Positions 37,942 to 47,975 are shown, counted from the first letter of the stretch. The stretch is DNA of 64,000 nucleotides from an uncultured Gemmatimonadales bacterium (GCA_963783305.1 CAWAMW010000017.1:479915-543914); one strand, 5' to 3'. A program made the numbers and translations. The notes: generated by a model from the sequence alone, not told the origin.

Positions 37942-40059
37942 ATGCGCCATGCAGCGTCCGCCGTTCGGTCCGCGGCCCTGATCACCGCGGCGTTCGTCGC
38001 TCCTTCGCTTCTCGACGCCCAGGTCGGAACACCCGTCACCACCGGGTTCACGGTGGACCACGCCATCGACATGAAGAACGTCGGCAGCGTTGCGCTGAGC
38101 CCCGACGGCCGGCAGCTCCTCTACACCGTCTCCGACCTCGACTGGGATGACAACGAGCGCGACAGCCACCTCTGGATCGCGAACTTCGATGGCTCCGATG
38201 CCCGCCCCTTCACCGCCGAGGAGGGCGACGGGTCGCCCCGCTGGTCCCCGGACGGCCGCTGGGTCGCGTTCACCCGAGACGCCGATGAGGATGCCGACGA
38301 TGACGCTGCAAAGGGTCGCCAGATCTGGCTGATCCGGACCGACGGAGGGGAGGCGCGTCAGCTGACCACGCACCCCAGCGGCGTTCGGGAATACGACTGG
38401 ACCCCCGATTCCCGGCGGCTCGTGTTCGTCGCCGCCGACACGCTGTCCAAGAAGGAGGAGGACGCGCGGGAAGCCGGCGCGGATGCGGTCTTCGTCAACG
38501 AGGGTTCGAACGGCCAGGAGCGGGGCAGCTACTCCAACCTGTGGTGGGCGCCCGCGGACTTCGACGACCACGAGGCACGCCCCATCACCCGCGGCGACCG
38601 CCTCATCGGCGACTTCGCCATCCACCCGTCCGGCGACCGCGTGGCGTTCACCTTCCGAACGGAGAACCACCGCAACGACGGCCATCGCTCCGAGATCGCC
38701 GTTGTCGAGCTGACCGGCGGAGAGCCCCGCGTTCTCACCCATAACCAGGCGCCCGAGGGCTCGCTCCTCTGGCACCCGGACGGACGGCTCCTCTTCAACG
38801 CCCCCGACCTCGAGACCTGGGAGCTCGACCAGGGCAACCTCTACCTCATGGACACCGCCAGCGGCGCCAGCCAGCAGCTCATGCCGGAAGCCACCCTCGA
38901 AGTCCGCGACGGCCGCTTCACCCCCGACGGCCGGTACTTCGATTTCATCGCTCTCGACCGCACCATCACGAACTTCTACCGCCTGGACCTGCGCAACGGC
39001 CGGGTCCGGGCCATGAGCGACGGGTCCGGCGGGATCCGGGGCGCAAGCTGGTCCCGTGGACACGACCGGGTCGCCTTCGTCGCGGATGCCCCCGCTTCCC
39101 CCGCCGAAGTGTACACCGCACTCTACGGCCCCGGGATGGCCCGCACCGCCATCACCGACGTCAACGCCGATATCCGCGCTCTCGACCTCGCCGAGCCCCA
39201 GGTCGTTACCTGGACCAGCGCCGACGGCCTCGACATCGAGGGGCTACTCTGGCTGCCGCACGGCGGCCGCGCGCGACCCGGCGCCTTCGTCCTCGAGATC
39301 CACGGTGGACCCGCCGGCGTCTTCTCCCAGGGATTCGACAGCGACGCACAGATCCTCACCGCCCACGGATACGCCGTACTCCAGCCCAACGTCCGCGGCT
39401 CCACCGGCTATGGCGACGCCCTGCTCCGCGGCAACATGAACGACATCGGCGGCGGAGACTTCCAGGACCTCATGGCCGGCGTCGACGCCATGATCGAACG
39501 GGGCGTCGCCCACCCGGACTCCATGGCCGTAAAGGGCTGGAGCTACGGCGGGATCCTCGGCGGATGGACCATCACCCGCACCGATCGGTTCAGGGCGGCC
39601 TCCCTCGGCGCCATGGTCAGCGACTGGCAAAGCGAGTTCGGCGTGGGCTTCAACTTCGACGTCAGCCGCTGGTACCTCGGTGGCGACCCCTGGGCCAACG
39701 CCGAGTACTGGGTCGAACGCAGCGCCTACACCCACGCCGACCGCGTCTCCACACCCACCATCCTCTTCCACGGAGAGAACGACACCGTCGACACCCCCGG
39801 CCAGTCCATGAACTTCCACGTCGCGCTCCGCCACTTCGACGTGCCCACACGCCTCATCCTGTTCCCCCGCGAGGGCCACGGCATCAGCGAGCCGCGCCAC
39901 CATCGCACCCGCCTCGTCGAGGAGCTCCGATGGTTCGAGACCCACGTCCGCGGGAACGACGACTGGCAGGCGCCGGATCGCCCCGCCGCCGATCGCCCTG
40001 ACGACGCCGAGGATGCCGAAGACACCGGCACCCCCGCCGGGCCCGTCGGCAACGGCTGA
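37942..40059 (+). CDS. S9 prolyl-oligopeptidase family peptidase
   Basis: Signal peptide, SPDG/PD40-like propeller repeats, IHGGP, GWSYGG, HGEND, EGHG. Confidence 0.93.
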   Translation: MRHAASAVRSAALITAAFVAPSLLDAQVGTPVTTGFTVDHAIDMKNVGSVALSPDGRQLLYTVSDLDWDDNERDSHLWIANFDGSDARPFTAEEGDGSPRWSPDGRWVAFTRDADEDADDDAAKGRQIWLIRTDGGEARQLTTHPSGVREYDWTPDSRRLVFVAADTLSKKEEDAREAGADAVFVNEGSNGQERGSYSNLWWAPADFDDHEARPITRGDRLIGDFAIHPSGDRVAFTFRTENHRNDGHRSEIAVVELTGGEPRVLTHNQAPEGSLLWHPDGRLLFNAPDLETWELDQGNLYLMDTASGASQQLMPEATLEVRDGRFTPDGRYFDFIALDRTITNFYRLDLRNGRVRAMSDGSGGIRGASWSRGHDRVAFVADAPASPAEVYTALYGPGMARTAITDVNADIRALDLAEPQVVTWTSADGLDIEGLLWLPHGGRARPGAFVLEIHGGPAGVFSQGFDSDAQILTAHGYAVLQPNVRGSTGYGDALLRGNMNDIGGGDFQDLMAGVDAMIERGVAHPDSMAVKGWSYGGILGGWTITRTDRFRAASLGAMVSDWQSEFGVGFNFDVSRWYLGGDPWANAEYWVERSAYTHADRVSTPTILFHGENDTVDTPGQSMNFHVALRHFDVPTRLILFPREGHGISEPRHHRTRLVEELRWFETHVRGNDDWQAPDRPAADRPDDAEDAEDTGTPAGPVGNG

Positions 40060-40111
40060 CGAACCCGGCCGGGCCCTCTCCACCCCCTGACCAGCGTCCC
40101 ATCGGCTCTCC

Positions 40112-40159
40112 ACTTTGTTGGGCAAAGTACTTGACAGGAACGGCGGGCTCCGACATCCT
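40112..40159 (+). promoter_or_regulatory. Palindromic operator plus sigma70 promoter
   Basis: ACTTTG-N5-CAAAGT (40112-40128) immediately before TTGACA-17 nt-CATCCT. Confidence 0.7.
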
Positions 40160-40166
40160 TGCTCCC

Positions 40167-40781
40167 ATGCAACCAGAGCCCGTCCGTCACAGCCGCCCGC
40201 ACCAGCCACCGCTCGCCCTCCACGAGAGAGCGGCGGACAACCTCGCCTACATTCGCGAGACCATGGAGCGCGCCACGTCCTTCACGGCCGTGTCGGGCCA
40301 GGGCTATGTGGTCATGGGACTGACCGCCACCGCGGCCGCCTGGCTGGCCTCCCGCCAGGCCACGCCCGCGGCGTGGATGGCCGTGTGGCTGGTGGAACTG
40401 CTCCTGGCCGGTGTGGTGGCGGTGGGATGGACCGTCCGGAAGGCGCGGGCCGAGGGCGTCGCGGTGCGATCGCACGCCGGGCGGAAGCTCGTACTGGCAT
40501 TCACCCCCCCGATGCTCGTGGGGGGGCTGCTGACGGTGGCGGCGTTCACGATCGGCGACTACGGCCTGATTCCCGGGATCTGGCTCGGCCTTTACGGCGC
40601 CGGCGTGATCACGGCGGGTGCGTTCAGCGTCCGCATCATCCCGCTCATGGGGGCAGCGCTCATCGCGCTGTCTGCGATCGCGCTGCTGACGCCCATTTCC
40701 GGCGACCTGCTCCTGGCCGTTGGGCTCGGGGCGCTGCACATCCTCTTCGGACTCGTGGTCTGGAGGCGTTACGGTGGCTGA
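40167..40781 (+). CDS. Membrane protein co-transcribed with the HTH regulator
   Basis: NLAYIRETMERA N-terminus, about 6 TM, GALHILFG C-terminus. Confidence 0.8.
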   Translation: MQPEPVRHSRPHQPPLALHERAADNLAYIRETMERATSFTAVSGQGYVVMGLTATAAAWLASRQATPAAWMAVWLVELLLAGVVAVGWTVRKARAEGVAVRSHAGRKLVLAFTPPMLVGGLLTVAAFTIGDYGLIPGIWLGLYGAGVITAGAFSVRIIPLMGAALIALSAIALLTPISGDLLLAVGLGALHILFGLVVWRRYGG

Positions 40782-41142
40782 GGCGCACGCACGCGACGAG
40801 CGCCCGCAGCGGGCGCATGAGGAAGCCATGGCCGAGATCTCCGGACTGCGGGACTCGGAGCTCAACCGCATCATCCACGAGCGCGTCCGGCTCGGCATCA
40901 TCTCCGCTTTGGCGGTGAACGAGGCGGTGTCGTTCAATGACCTCAAGGGTCTGCTCAATCTGACCGACGGCAACCTGAGCGCCCACGCCCGCAAGCTCGA
41001 GGATGCGGGCTACCTCGAGTGCATCAAGGGATACGAGGGACGCGTGCCCCGCACGGAGTACCGCATCACCTCAGAGGGTCGAAACGCCCTCGAGTCCTAC
41101 CTCGAGCACATGGAAGCGCTGATCCGCGCGGTCCGGGAGTAG
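40774..41142 (+). CDS. Winged-helix transcriptional regulator (HTH_34/MarR-like)
   Basis: IIHERVRLGI, SFNDLK..L.LTDGNLSAHARKLE.AGY, PRTEY. Confidence 0.88.
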   Translation: MAEAHARDERPQRAHEEAMAEISGLRDSELNRIIHERVRLGIISALAVNEAVSFNDLKGLLNLTDGNLSAHARKLEDAGYLECIKGYEGRVPRTEYRITSEGRNALESYLEHMEALIRAVRE

Positions 41143-41182
41143 GACCCTTCGCTCCATGGTACAAACCCACCTGACCCCCAAT

Positions 41183-41199
41183 GCTTTGCGATACAAAGA
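41183..41199. promoter_or_regulatory. Second copy of the operator palindrome
   Basis: GCTTTG-N5-CAAAGA, 3 nt before the uppS ATG. Confidence 0.6.
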
Positions 41200-41202
41200 G
41201 CT

Positions 41203-41940
41203 ATGAGAAACAACGACCTCCACGTCGGAATCATTATGGACGGAAACGGTCGGTGGGCGCGCCGCAGGGGAATGCCCCGCACCGCCGGCCACCGCGAAGG
41301 ATCCCGAGCCGTCGACCTGATCGTTCAGGCGGCCACGGCCCCTCGCAGCGGGATCGGCGGTCTGACGCTGTATGCGTTCTCTTCCGACAACTGGACCCGA
41401 CCGCCGCGGGAGGTTCGAGGTCTGATGCGGCTCTTCGGTGAATACCTGCGCCGTGAGACCCCCCGCTGCGTGGAGAATGGAGTGCGCCTCGAGGTGATTG
41501 GTCGCCGTGATCGGCTGGGGGCCGCACTGGTGCGGCGCGTGGAGGAGGCGGAGCGGGCCACGGCCGGCGGCGAGGCCCTCACGTTGCGGCTGGCAATCGA
41601 CTATTCGGCGCGGGATGTGGTGGTGCGCGCCGCGGAGCTGGCGGCGCGGCGGGGGCTCGACGGAGCGGAAGGGACGGACCGCGAGTGGTTCCGGGGACTG
41701 CTCTCCGAGGCGGAGGGCTCGCGGCCGGGCACCCACGGCGTTCCGGACGTGGACCTCCTGATCCGGACAGGGGGGGAGCAGCGGCTGAGCGACTTCATGC
41801 TCTGGGAGTGCGCGTACGCCGAGCTGGTGTTCACGCCCATTCTGTGGCCGGACTTTGGCGAGTCGGACCTCGCGGAGGCGCTCGCCGAGTATCGGCGGCG
41901 CGATCGCCGGTTTGGTGGCGTCATGGAGGAGGCGGTGTGA
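41203..41940 (+). CDS. uppS: cis-prenyltransferase (undecaprenyl diphosphate synthase family)
   Basis: [45 protein letters not shown]. Confidence 0.9.
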   Translation: MRNNDLHVGIIMDGNGRWARRRGMPRTAGHREGSRAVDLIVQAATAPRSGIGGLTLYAFSSDNWTRPPREVRGLMRLFGEYLRRETPRCVENGVRLEVIGRRDRLGAALVRRVEEAERATAGGEALTLRLAIDYSARDVVVRAAELAARRGLDGAEGTDREWFRGLLSEAEGSRPGTHGVPDVDLLIRTGGEQRLSDFMLWECAYAELVFTPILWPDFGESDLAEALAEYRRRDRRFGGVMEEAV

Positions 41941-42051
41941 AGCCGGCAGGACCCTCCGAGCCCCCTTCCGAACGACGAGAAAAGAGGCGCACCGACCGGT
42001 CCTTCCGGCCGGTGTGCCTCTTCCGCTCGGCGTGCCGGCGGCCGGTGGCCG

Positions 42052-42543
42052 CTACTCCATCGCGTCCCGATTGACACCGCTCTCAGCGAGCTTCGTGAGC
42101 TTCTTGTCCGTCTCACCCTCCTCGTCGAGCGTCTGCTGCAGCAGCTCCGCGGCGCGGTCGTTTCCGAGCATACGGGCATAGGTGCGCGCGGAGCCATAGC
42201 CGGCGATCTCATAATGCTCCACCCGCTGCGCGGCGGAGATCATGGCGGCATCCCTCACGTCGTCCTCCTCCGCGTCCTCCATGGCATCCTTGCCCTCTTC
42301 CAGCAGCCCCTCCATTCCCTTGCACTTCTGGCCGCCCGGCTCGAACTCCAGGTCGTCGAAGATCCGCTCCAGCCGTTTCACCTGCTCCTGCGTCTGCCGG
42401 TGATGCTCCTCGAACGCGCTCTTCAGATCCGGATGGCTCGCCCTTTTCGCCATCTTCGGCAGCGCCTCCAGGATCTGGTTCTCCGCACTGTAGAGGTCCT
42501 TCAGCTCGTGGACGAAGAGCTTCTTCATGCTGTCGATATCCAT
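42052..42543 (-). CDS. Ferritin-like DUF892 (YciE/YciF family) protein
   Basis: ELKDLYSAENQ, CKGMEGL..EG, AQRVEHYEIAGYG, EEGETD..LT. Confidence 0.9.
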   Translation of the reverse strand: MDIDSMKKLFVHELKDLYSAENQILEALPKMAKRASHPDLKSAFEEHHRQTQEQVKRLERIFDDLEFEPGGQKCKGMEGLLEEGKDAMEDAEEDDVRDAAMISAAQRVEHYEIAGYGSARTYARMLGNDRAAELLQQTLDEEGETDKKLTKLAESGVNRDAME

Positions 42544-42609
42544 GGTTCCTCCGGTTGGATGAGACACAAAAAGCCGCGGAGCGGTCCCCGCGGCGGCACG
42601 GCAGGAGAG

Positions 42610-42625
42610 TGCAAGGGACGTTCCC
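42610..42625 (-). promoter_or_regulatory. Candidate sigma54 (-24/-12) promoter for the DUF892 gene
   Basis: Minus strand GGGAACGTCCCTTGCA = GG-N10-GC with TTGCA. Confidence 0.45.
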
Positions 42626-42736
42626 GCCGAGCCACCTCTCCGCGCGCCTCGCGGAATGATGCGTGCGGCCCCATAGATGACGGATACGACAGCCGCAACA
42701 CGTCCACACTCGATCCTCGCGCACGCCAAGCCACAC

Positions 42737-44287
42737 ATGCCGCTGCACCAACTCCTGCGTTCGCTTCCAGGCACCATCACGCTGGCGCTCCTGCTTCCCA
42801 TGGCCGCCCTCGTCAGCTGCGACGCCATCGGCGAAAATGAGCCGGGCGCACCCATCGAGCGCGACCTGTCCGATCTCCAGGCCGGCGACACCCTCACGGC
42901 TCTGGTCACCTTCAACTCCACCGGGTACTTCATCTACCGCGGGGAGACGATGGGATTCGAATACCGGCTCCTCCAGGAGTTCGCCGATGCGCACGACCTG
43001 GTCCTGAAGGCGCAGGTGGTGCGGGATCGTTCCCGCCTCTTCCACATGTTGAACGAGGGGGAGGGCGATGTGGTCGCGGCACGGGTGGTCCCGGCGCCCA
43101 GCGATTCGCCGCACGTGGCATATACCAACGCGCTGTACACCACCCGTCCCACCACCGTGCAGCGCACCGGCCCGGCGGACAGCACGGCGATTCCGTCCCG
43201 TCTGGACACGGTTCTCGTGGCCCGGGACAGCGTGGTCGCCCCGACCGAGCCCGTGGAGATCCGGGCGCGGCTGATCCAGCGACCGGCGGGGCTGGCCGGT
43301 CGGGACGTCACCGTACCGGAAGCCACGTTCTACGAGGACCGGCTTGTGGAGCTGTCGGACAGCCTGGGGGAGGACATCCATGTGGTGGAGGTGGACGCCA
43401 GCCACGAGGCACTTCTCCGGCGTCTTGCCCGCGGCTCGATCCGGCTCACGGTCTCGCCCGAGAACCTGGCCAGGCTCAAGGGAAGCTATTACACGAACCT
43501 GGAAGTTCGGCCCGTGATCGGGGCCGAACACGACGTGGTCTGGGCGGTGCGCCGCAACTCCCCCGAGCTGCTCCACGCGCTCAACGAATGGATCGGGACG
43601 GAGCAGACACTGATCCAGCAGGCGTACCAGCGGTATTTCGTGGATCGTCAGGGTCTCCAGGAGCGGGAGGAGAGCAAGTACCTCACTTCGGAAACCGGCC
43701 GTCTGAGCGAGTACGACGGGGTCCTGAAGGCGGCCGCGCCTCGGATCGGCTGGGACTGGCGGCTCCTGGCCTCCCAGGCGTTCCAGGAATCGAAGTTCGA
43801 CCCCCGGGCCCGCTCATGGGCGGGCGCCATGGGCCTGCTCCAGCTGATGCCGGCCACCGCCCGGGAGGTGGACGTAAACGACCCATACGACCCGGAGGAG
43901 AACGTTGCGGGCGCCGTCCGCTATCTGGAGTGGTTGACCGATCAGTGGGACGAGGACATTCCCGACCCGGACCAGCGGCTCCGGTTCGTCCTCGCCAGCT
44001 ACAATGCCGGCGCCGGCCATGTCGGGGACGCGCGTCGCCTGGCCGAAAAAAACGGGGACGACCCCAATGTCTGGGAGGACGTCGCCTTCTGGCTGCTCCA
44101 GAAGTCGAAGAAAAGCGTGTACAACGACCCCGTCGTCAAATATGGCTACGCCCGGGGCATGGAGCCCGTCCTTTACGTGAGTCGGATCCTCGATCGCTTC
44201 GAGCACTACCGGGAGTTCGTCACCGATAACGGCCAGAATGCCACTGTTCCCGCGCCTGCGGAACCGGCGGACGACTCCTCGGGATAG
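42737..44287 (+). CDS. MltF-like lytic transglycosylase (SBP_bac_3 plus SLT domain), lipoprotein
   Basis: YFIYRGETMGFEY, QESKFDP, AMGLLQLMP, ASYNAG; lipobox LVSC; start could be 42677. Confidence 0.88.
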   Translation: MPLHQLLRSLPGTITLALLLPMAALVSCDAIGENEPGAPIERDLSDLQAGDTLTALVTFNSTGYFIYRGETMGFEYRLLQEFADAHDLVLKAQVVRDRSRLFHMLNEGEGDVVAARVVPAPSDSPHVAYTNALYTTRPTTVQRTGPADSTAIPSRLDTVLVARDSVVAPTEPVEIRARLIQRPAGLAGRDVTVPEATFYEDRLVELSDSLGEDIHVVEVDASHEALLRRLARGSIRLTVSPENLARLKGSYYTNLEVRPVIGAEHDVVWAVRRNSPELLHALNEWIGTEQTLIQQAYQRYFVDRQGLQEREESKYLTSETGRLSEYDGVLKAAAPRIGWDWRLLASQAFQESKFDPRARSWAGAMGLLQLMPATAREVDVNDPYDPEENVAGAVRYLEWLTDQWDEDIPDPDQRLRFVLASYNAGAGHVGDARRLAEKNGDDPNVWEDVAFWLLQKSKKSVYNDPVVKYGYARGMEPVLYVSRILDRFEHYREFVTDNGQNATVPAPAEPADDSSG

Positions 44288-44405
44288 CGGTCCGTTCCTT
44301 CACGGACGGACGGTTCGCGGGCCGCGCATTTGCGCGGGAGCGCCTCCCGCAGCACCTTCCGCGCTCGAGCGGCCTTCCAGGCCGCCGGGCTCCGGAAGCG
44401 ATTCG

Positions 44406-45137
44406 ATGATCCATTACCGCACTGTCATCTTTGACTGCGATTCCACCCTCTCGGCCCTTGAAGGCATCGAGGAACTGGCGGCCGGCCATCGTCGGGAGGT
44501 GGAGACCCTGACCGACGCCGCCATGCGCGGCGAGGTCCCCCTCGAAGAGGTCTACGGTCGGCGACTCGACCTGATCCGCCCGTCGCGCCGAGCCGTGGAC
44601 GGCCTGGTCGACCAGTATATCGGAGCGCTCGTGGAGGATGCGGCCGAGACCGTCGCTGCGCTCCAGGCCGCCGGCGTGGCCGTCCGCATCATCTCCGGCG
44701 GCCTCGCTCCCGCCGTCCTCGGCCTCGCCAGGCACCTGGGCTTGAGCGATGACCACGTCGCCGCTGTGCCGCTCCGGTTCTCCGACGACGGCGCCTACGC
44801 GGGATTCGATGAGTCCGCGCCCAGCGCCCGTGCCGGCGGCAAGGCCGAGATCATCAAGGGCTGGGCTGAGAACGGGCTGGACGGCCCCGTGATGTTCGTG
44901 GGGGATGGCGCCACCGATCTCGAGGCACGCGACGTCGTGGACCTGTTCGTGGCCTACGCCGGCGTGCTCGCTCGCCCCGCCGTGATCGCCGCCGCTCCCG
45001 TGGTCGTGCATTCACGCTCCCTCGCGCCCGTACTCCCCCTCGCGCTCGGCGACGCCCGGCCGACGGAACCCGACGCTGCCGCGCTCTACGACCGCGGGAA
45101 GACTCTCATTGATGAGGGAAAGGTGCAGTGGCGATGA
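44406..45137 (+). CDS. serB: HAD-IB phosphoserine phosphatase-like protein
   Basis: FDCDSTL, AMRG, ISGG, VGDGATD; operon with serA. Confidence 0.78.
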   Translation: MIHYRTVIFDCDSTLSALEGIEELAAGHRREVETLTDAAMRGEVPLEEVYGRRLDLIRPSRRAVDGLVDQYIGALVEDAAETVAALQAAGVAVRIISGGLAPAVLGLARHLGLSDDHVAAVPLRFSDDGAYAGFDESAPSARAGGKAEIIKGWAENGLDGPVMFVGDGATDLEARDVVDLFVAYAGVLARPAVIAAAPVVVHSRSLAPVLPLALGDARPTEPDAAALYDRGKTLIDEGKVQWR

Positions 45138-46252
45138 CGCTCGATCTCGGCCCGACCTTCGGCCGTTTCTTCCTTCCCGGCCCCACGGAGGTCCGCCGCG
45201 AGGTGCTGGAAGCGATGCTGGCCCCGATGACCGGCCACCGAACGCCCGAGATGGAAGAGCTCATGGAGCGGATCCAGCCCGGACTCCAGCAGGCGTTCGG
45301 CACCCGGCGCCCGGTGTACATCGCCCCGTCCTCGGGCACCGGCATGATGGAGATGGCCATTCGCAACGTGGCCAGCCGAAGGGTGCTCAGCCTCGTGAAC
45401 GGCGCGTTCAGCGAGCGCTTCGCAAAGATCGCCGAGCAGTGTGGGGTTCCTGTCGACCGCCTCGCCGTGGAATGGGGTGAAAACCACACGCCCATGCTCC
45501 TCGCCGCCGCTTTGGAGGGTGGCGACTACGACACCGTGACCGTTTGCCACTCCGAGACTTCCACCGGTGTCCTCAACCCGGTGGCGGAGCTCGCCGAGAT
45601 CACCCGGGCCCACGATATCATGCTGTGCGTCGACACCGTCAGCTCCATGGCGGGTGCGCCCTTCCACACCGATGACTGGGGCGTGGATTTCGTCGTGACG
45701 GGCTCGCAGAAGGCGTTCGCGCTCCCGCCGGGCCTCGGCTTCGCCGTTGCCAGCGAGCGGGCGCTGGAGCGGGCGCGGTCCAACCCCACCCGCGGCTACT
45801 ACTTCGATGCGCTCGCGTACGAGAAGAACCTCGAGAAGAGCCAGACTCCCAACACCCCCGCCATCTCGCTGCTCTACGCCGCCGCGGTCCAGATGGAGGC
45901 CATCGCTGAGGAGGGGATCGACGCCCGCTGGGCGCGCCACCGCGCCATGGCCGAGCGGACCTACGCCTGGGTCGATGAGCGACGGCAGGAAGGTCTGGAA
46001 CTCGGAGTGCTGGCCCCCACCGGCCATCGCTCGCCCACCGTTACCTGCGTGACCCTTCCTCCTGGGATTCGCGGCTCTGCCGTCTGCGCCGCGATGCGGG
46101 CGCAGGGCTTCGTGATCGCATCGGGCTATGGGCGGATGAAAGATGACATGATTCGGATCGGCCACATGGGGGACCACACGGTCGACGAGCTCGAGGTCCT
46201 GCTGGATACGCTCCAGGGCGTGCTCCGCGAGGTGAGCGTCGCCCATGGCTGA
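45134..46252 (+). CDS. Class V PLP aminotransferase (alanine-glyoxylate/serine-pyruvate type)
   Basis: PGPT, HSETSTG, DTVSS, GSQKA..PPG, RIGHMG. Confidence 0.88.
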   Translation: MTLDLGPTFGRFFLPGPTEVRREVLEAMLAPMTGHRTPEMEELMERIQPGLQQAFGTRRPVYIAPSSGTGMMEMAIRNVASRRVLSLVNGAFSERFAKIAEQCGVPVDRLAVEWGENHTPMLLAAALEGGDYDTVTVCHSETSTGVLNPVAELAEITRAHDIMLCVDTVSSMAGAPFHTDDWGVDFVVTGSQKAFALPPGLGFAVASERALERARSNPTRGYYFDALAYEKNLEKSQTPNTPAISLLYAAAVQMEAIAEEGIDARWARHRAMAERTYAWVDERRQEGLELGVLAPTGHRSPTVTCVTLPPGIRGSAVCAAMRAQGFVIASGYGRMKDDMIRIGHMGDHTVDELEVLLDTLQGVLREVSVAHG

Positions 46253-47837
46253 CCGCATACGCGTGCTGCTCGCCGACCGGATCCCCGCCAGCGGGCTCGC
46301 GCCTCTGGAGGATGACCGCTTCGAGCTGATCGAGTCCACCGGCCTGTCGGGTGAGTCGCTGGCCTTGGCGCTCTCCGATGTGGAGGGCGTGATCATCCGG
46401 TCCTCCACGACCCTCGACGCCGCGGCGCTCGCCAACGCCGATCGCCTCCGGGTCATCGGCCGGGCCGGCGTCGGCGTAGACAACATCGATGTGTCCGCGG
46501 CGACCGCCCGCGGCATTGCCATCTTCAACGCGCCCTCGGGCAACACAACGTCGGCCGCCGAGCTCACCATGGCGCTCGTGTTGAGTGTCATGCGGAAAGT
46601 CCCGGCCGCCGATCGCTCCATGCGGGCCGGCGAGTGGGACCGCAAGCCGTTCCGCGGATTCGAGCTGTTCGGCAAGACGCTGGGGCTGGTGGGCGCGGGG
46701 CGGATCGGCGGAGAGGTCGCTCGGCGGGCGCGTGCCTTCGGCATGAAAGTCATGGCGTACGACCCGTACCTGCAGCCGGAGCGGGCACGCCAGCTCGACA
46801 TCACGTCGGCGTCGCTCCGCGATGTCATGCGGCAGGCGGACGTCATTTCACTCCACGTGCCCCTCACGGACGCCACCGCCAATCTCCTGGGTGCGGATGA
46901 GCTGTCCCTGATGAAGCCTACCGCCATCATCGTCAATGCGGCCCGGGGCGGCGTGCTCGACGAAATGGCGCTGGTCGAGGTGCTCAGGGACGGCCGGATC
47001 GCCGGCGCCGCCCTCGACGTGTTCTCCACCGAGCCGCTGGCGGCCGACCATCCACTGCGGACCCTCGACAACGTGCTGCTGACGCCCCATATCGGCGCCG
47101 CCACAGTGGAGGCCCAGCACAATGTCGCCTACGAGGTCGCCGAGTCGGTCCGCGATGCGCTGCTCCGATCCGAGTTCTCCGGCGCCATCAACGCGCCGGC
47201 TGTCGGCAGCGACATGATCCGGCAGCTCCAGCCGCTCATGACGCTGGCCACCCGCCTCGGTCAGCTGGGCCGCGCCCTCGCCTCCACCGTAGAGGGCGTG
47301 GAGATACGCTACGCCGGCGACTTCGCCGAGGAGGCGCTTCGCCCGCTCGCCGCCGCGGCCATGGTGGGGATCCTCGAGGATGTGGTGGGCCGCGGGGGCG
47401 TGAACCTGGTGAGCTCGCTCCACCTGGCCGAGTCCCGCGGCATCAACATCCGCCGCGTCCTCCTCGAGCCAGAGGCCGATTACGCCGAGCACCTCGAGCT
47501 GCGCATCGCCGGTGGTGGCCGCGAGACCCGGGTCGCTGGCGCCCTGAGGGGCGATCACCCGCGCATCGTGCGGGTCGACGCGTTCCCGGTGGACGTGCGG
47601 CCGGAGGGCATCCTCGTGCTCCTGAGGAACCGGGATGTCCCGGGGGTGATCGGGCGAGTGGGGATGTTGCTGGGAGAGGCGGGTGTGAACATCGCCGAGT
47701 ACCACCAGGGCCGGCTGGAAGCTGGCGGAGAGGCCATGGCCGCAATCGCGGTGGACGAGAAGCTGACCCCGGACCTCGTGCGGCAGCTCGACGAGCTCCC
47801 GGATGTCGTCAGTGTCCGGCAGGTGCGGCTCGGCTGA
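46245..47837 (+). CDS. serA: D-3-phosphoglycerate dehydrogenase (long form with ASB and ACT domains)
   Basis: GRAGVGVDNID, GAGRIG, NAARG, TPHIGA, RDVPGVIG. Confidence 0.94.
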   Translation: MADRIRVLLADRIPASGLAPLEDDRFELIESTGLSGESLALALSDVEGVIIRSSTTLDAAALANADRLRVIGRAGVGVDNIDVSAATARGIAIFNAPSGNTTSAAELTMALVLSVMRKVPAADRSMRAGEWDRKPFRGFELFGKTLGLVGAGRIGGEVARRARAFGMKVMAYDPYLQPERARQLDITSASLRDVMRQADVISLHVPLTDATANLLGADELSLMKPTAIIVNAARGGVLDEMALVEVLRDGRIAGAALDVFSTEPLAADHPLRTLDNVLLTPHIGAATVEAQHNVAYEVAESVRDALLRSEFSGAINAPAVGSDMIRQLQPLMTLATRLGQLGRALASTVEGVEIRYAGDFAEEALRPLAAAAMVGILEDVVGRGGVNLVSSLHLAESRGINIRRVLLEPEADYAEHLELRIAGGGRETRVAGALRGDHPRIVRVDAFPVDVRPEGILVLLRNRDVPGVIGRVGMLLGEAGVNIAEYHQGRLEAGGEAMAAIAVDEKLTPDLVRQLDELPDVVSVRQVRLG

Positions 47838-47855
47838 CCGGACCCGCATAGCGCC

Positions 47856-47964
47856 GTGCCACCGAACAACAGGGTCACCCCCACTGGCACCGCCTCCCCA
47901 GGAACATCGGAGGGAGAATCGGGTTTCATCGGCAAGCCGAAGGATGGAAGCGATACGCCTCTGG
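47856..47964 (+). ncRNA. Candidate structured cis-regulatory leader upstream of nadC-nadA
   Basis: Two adjacent stem-loops with GAACAAC/GAACATC 5' unpaired segments; see findings. Confidence 0.3.
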
Positions 47965-47975
47965 CCGGACCACCC

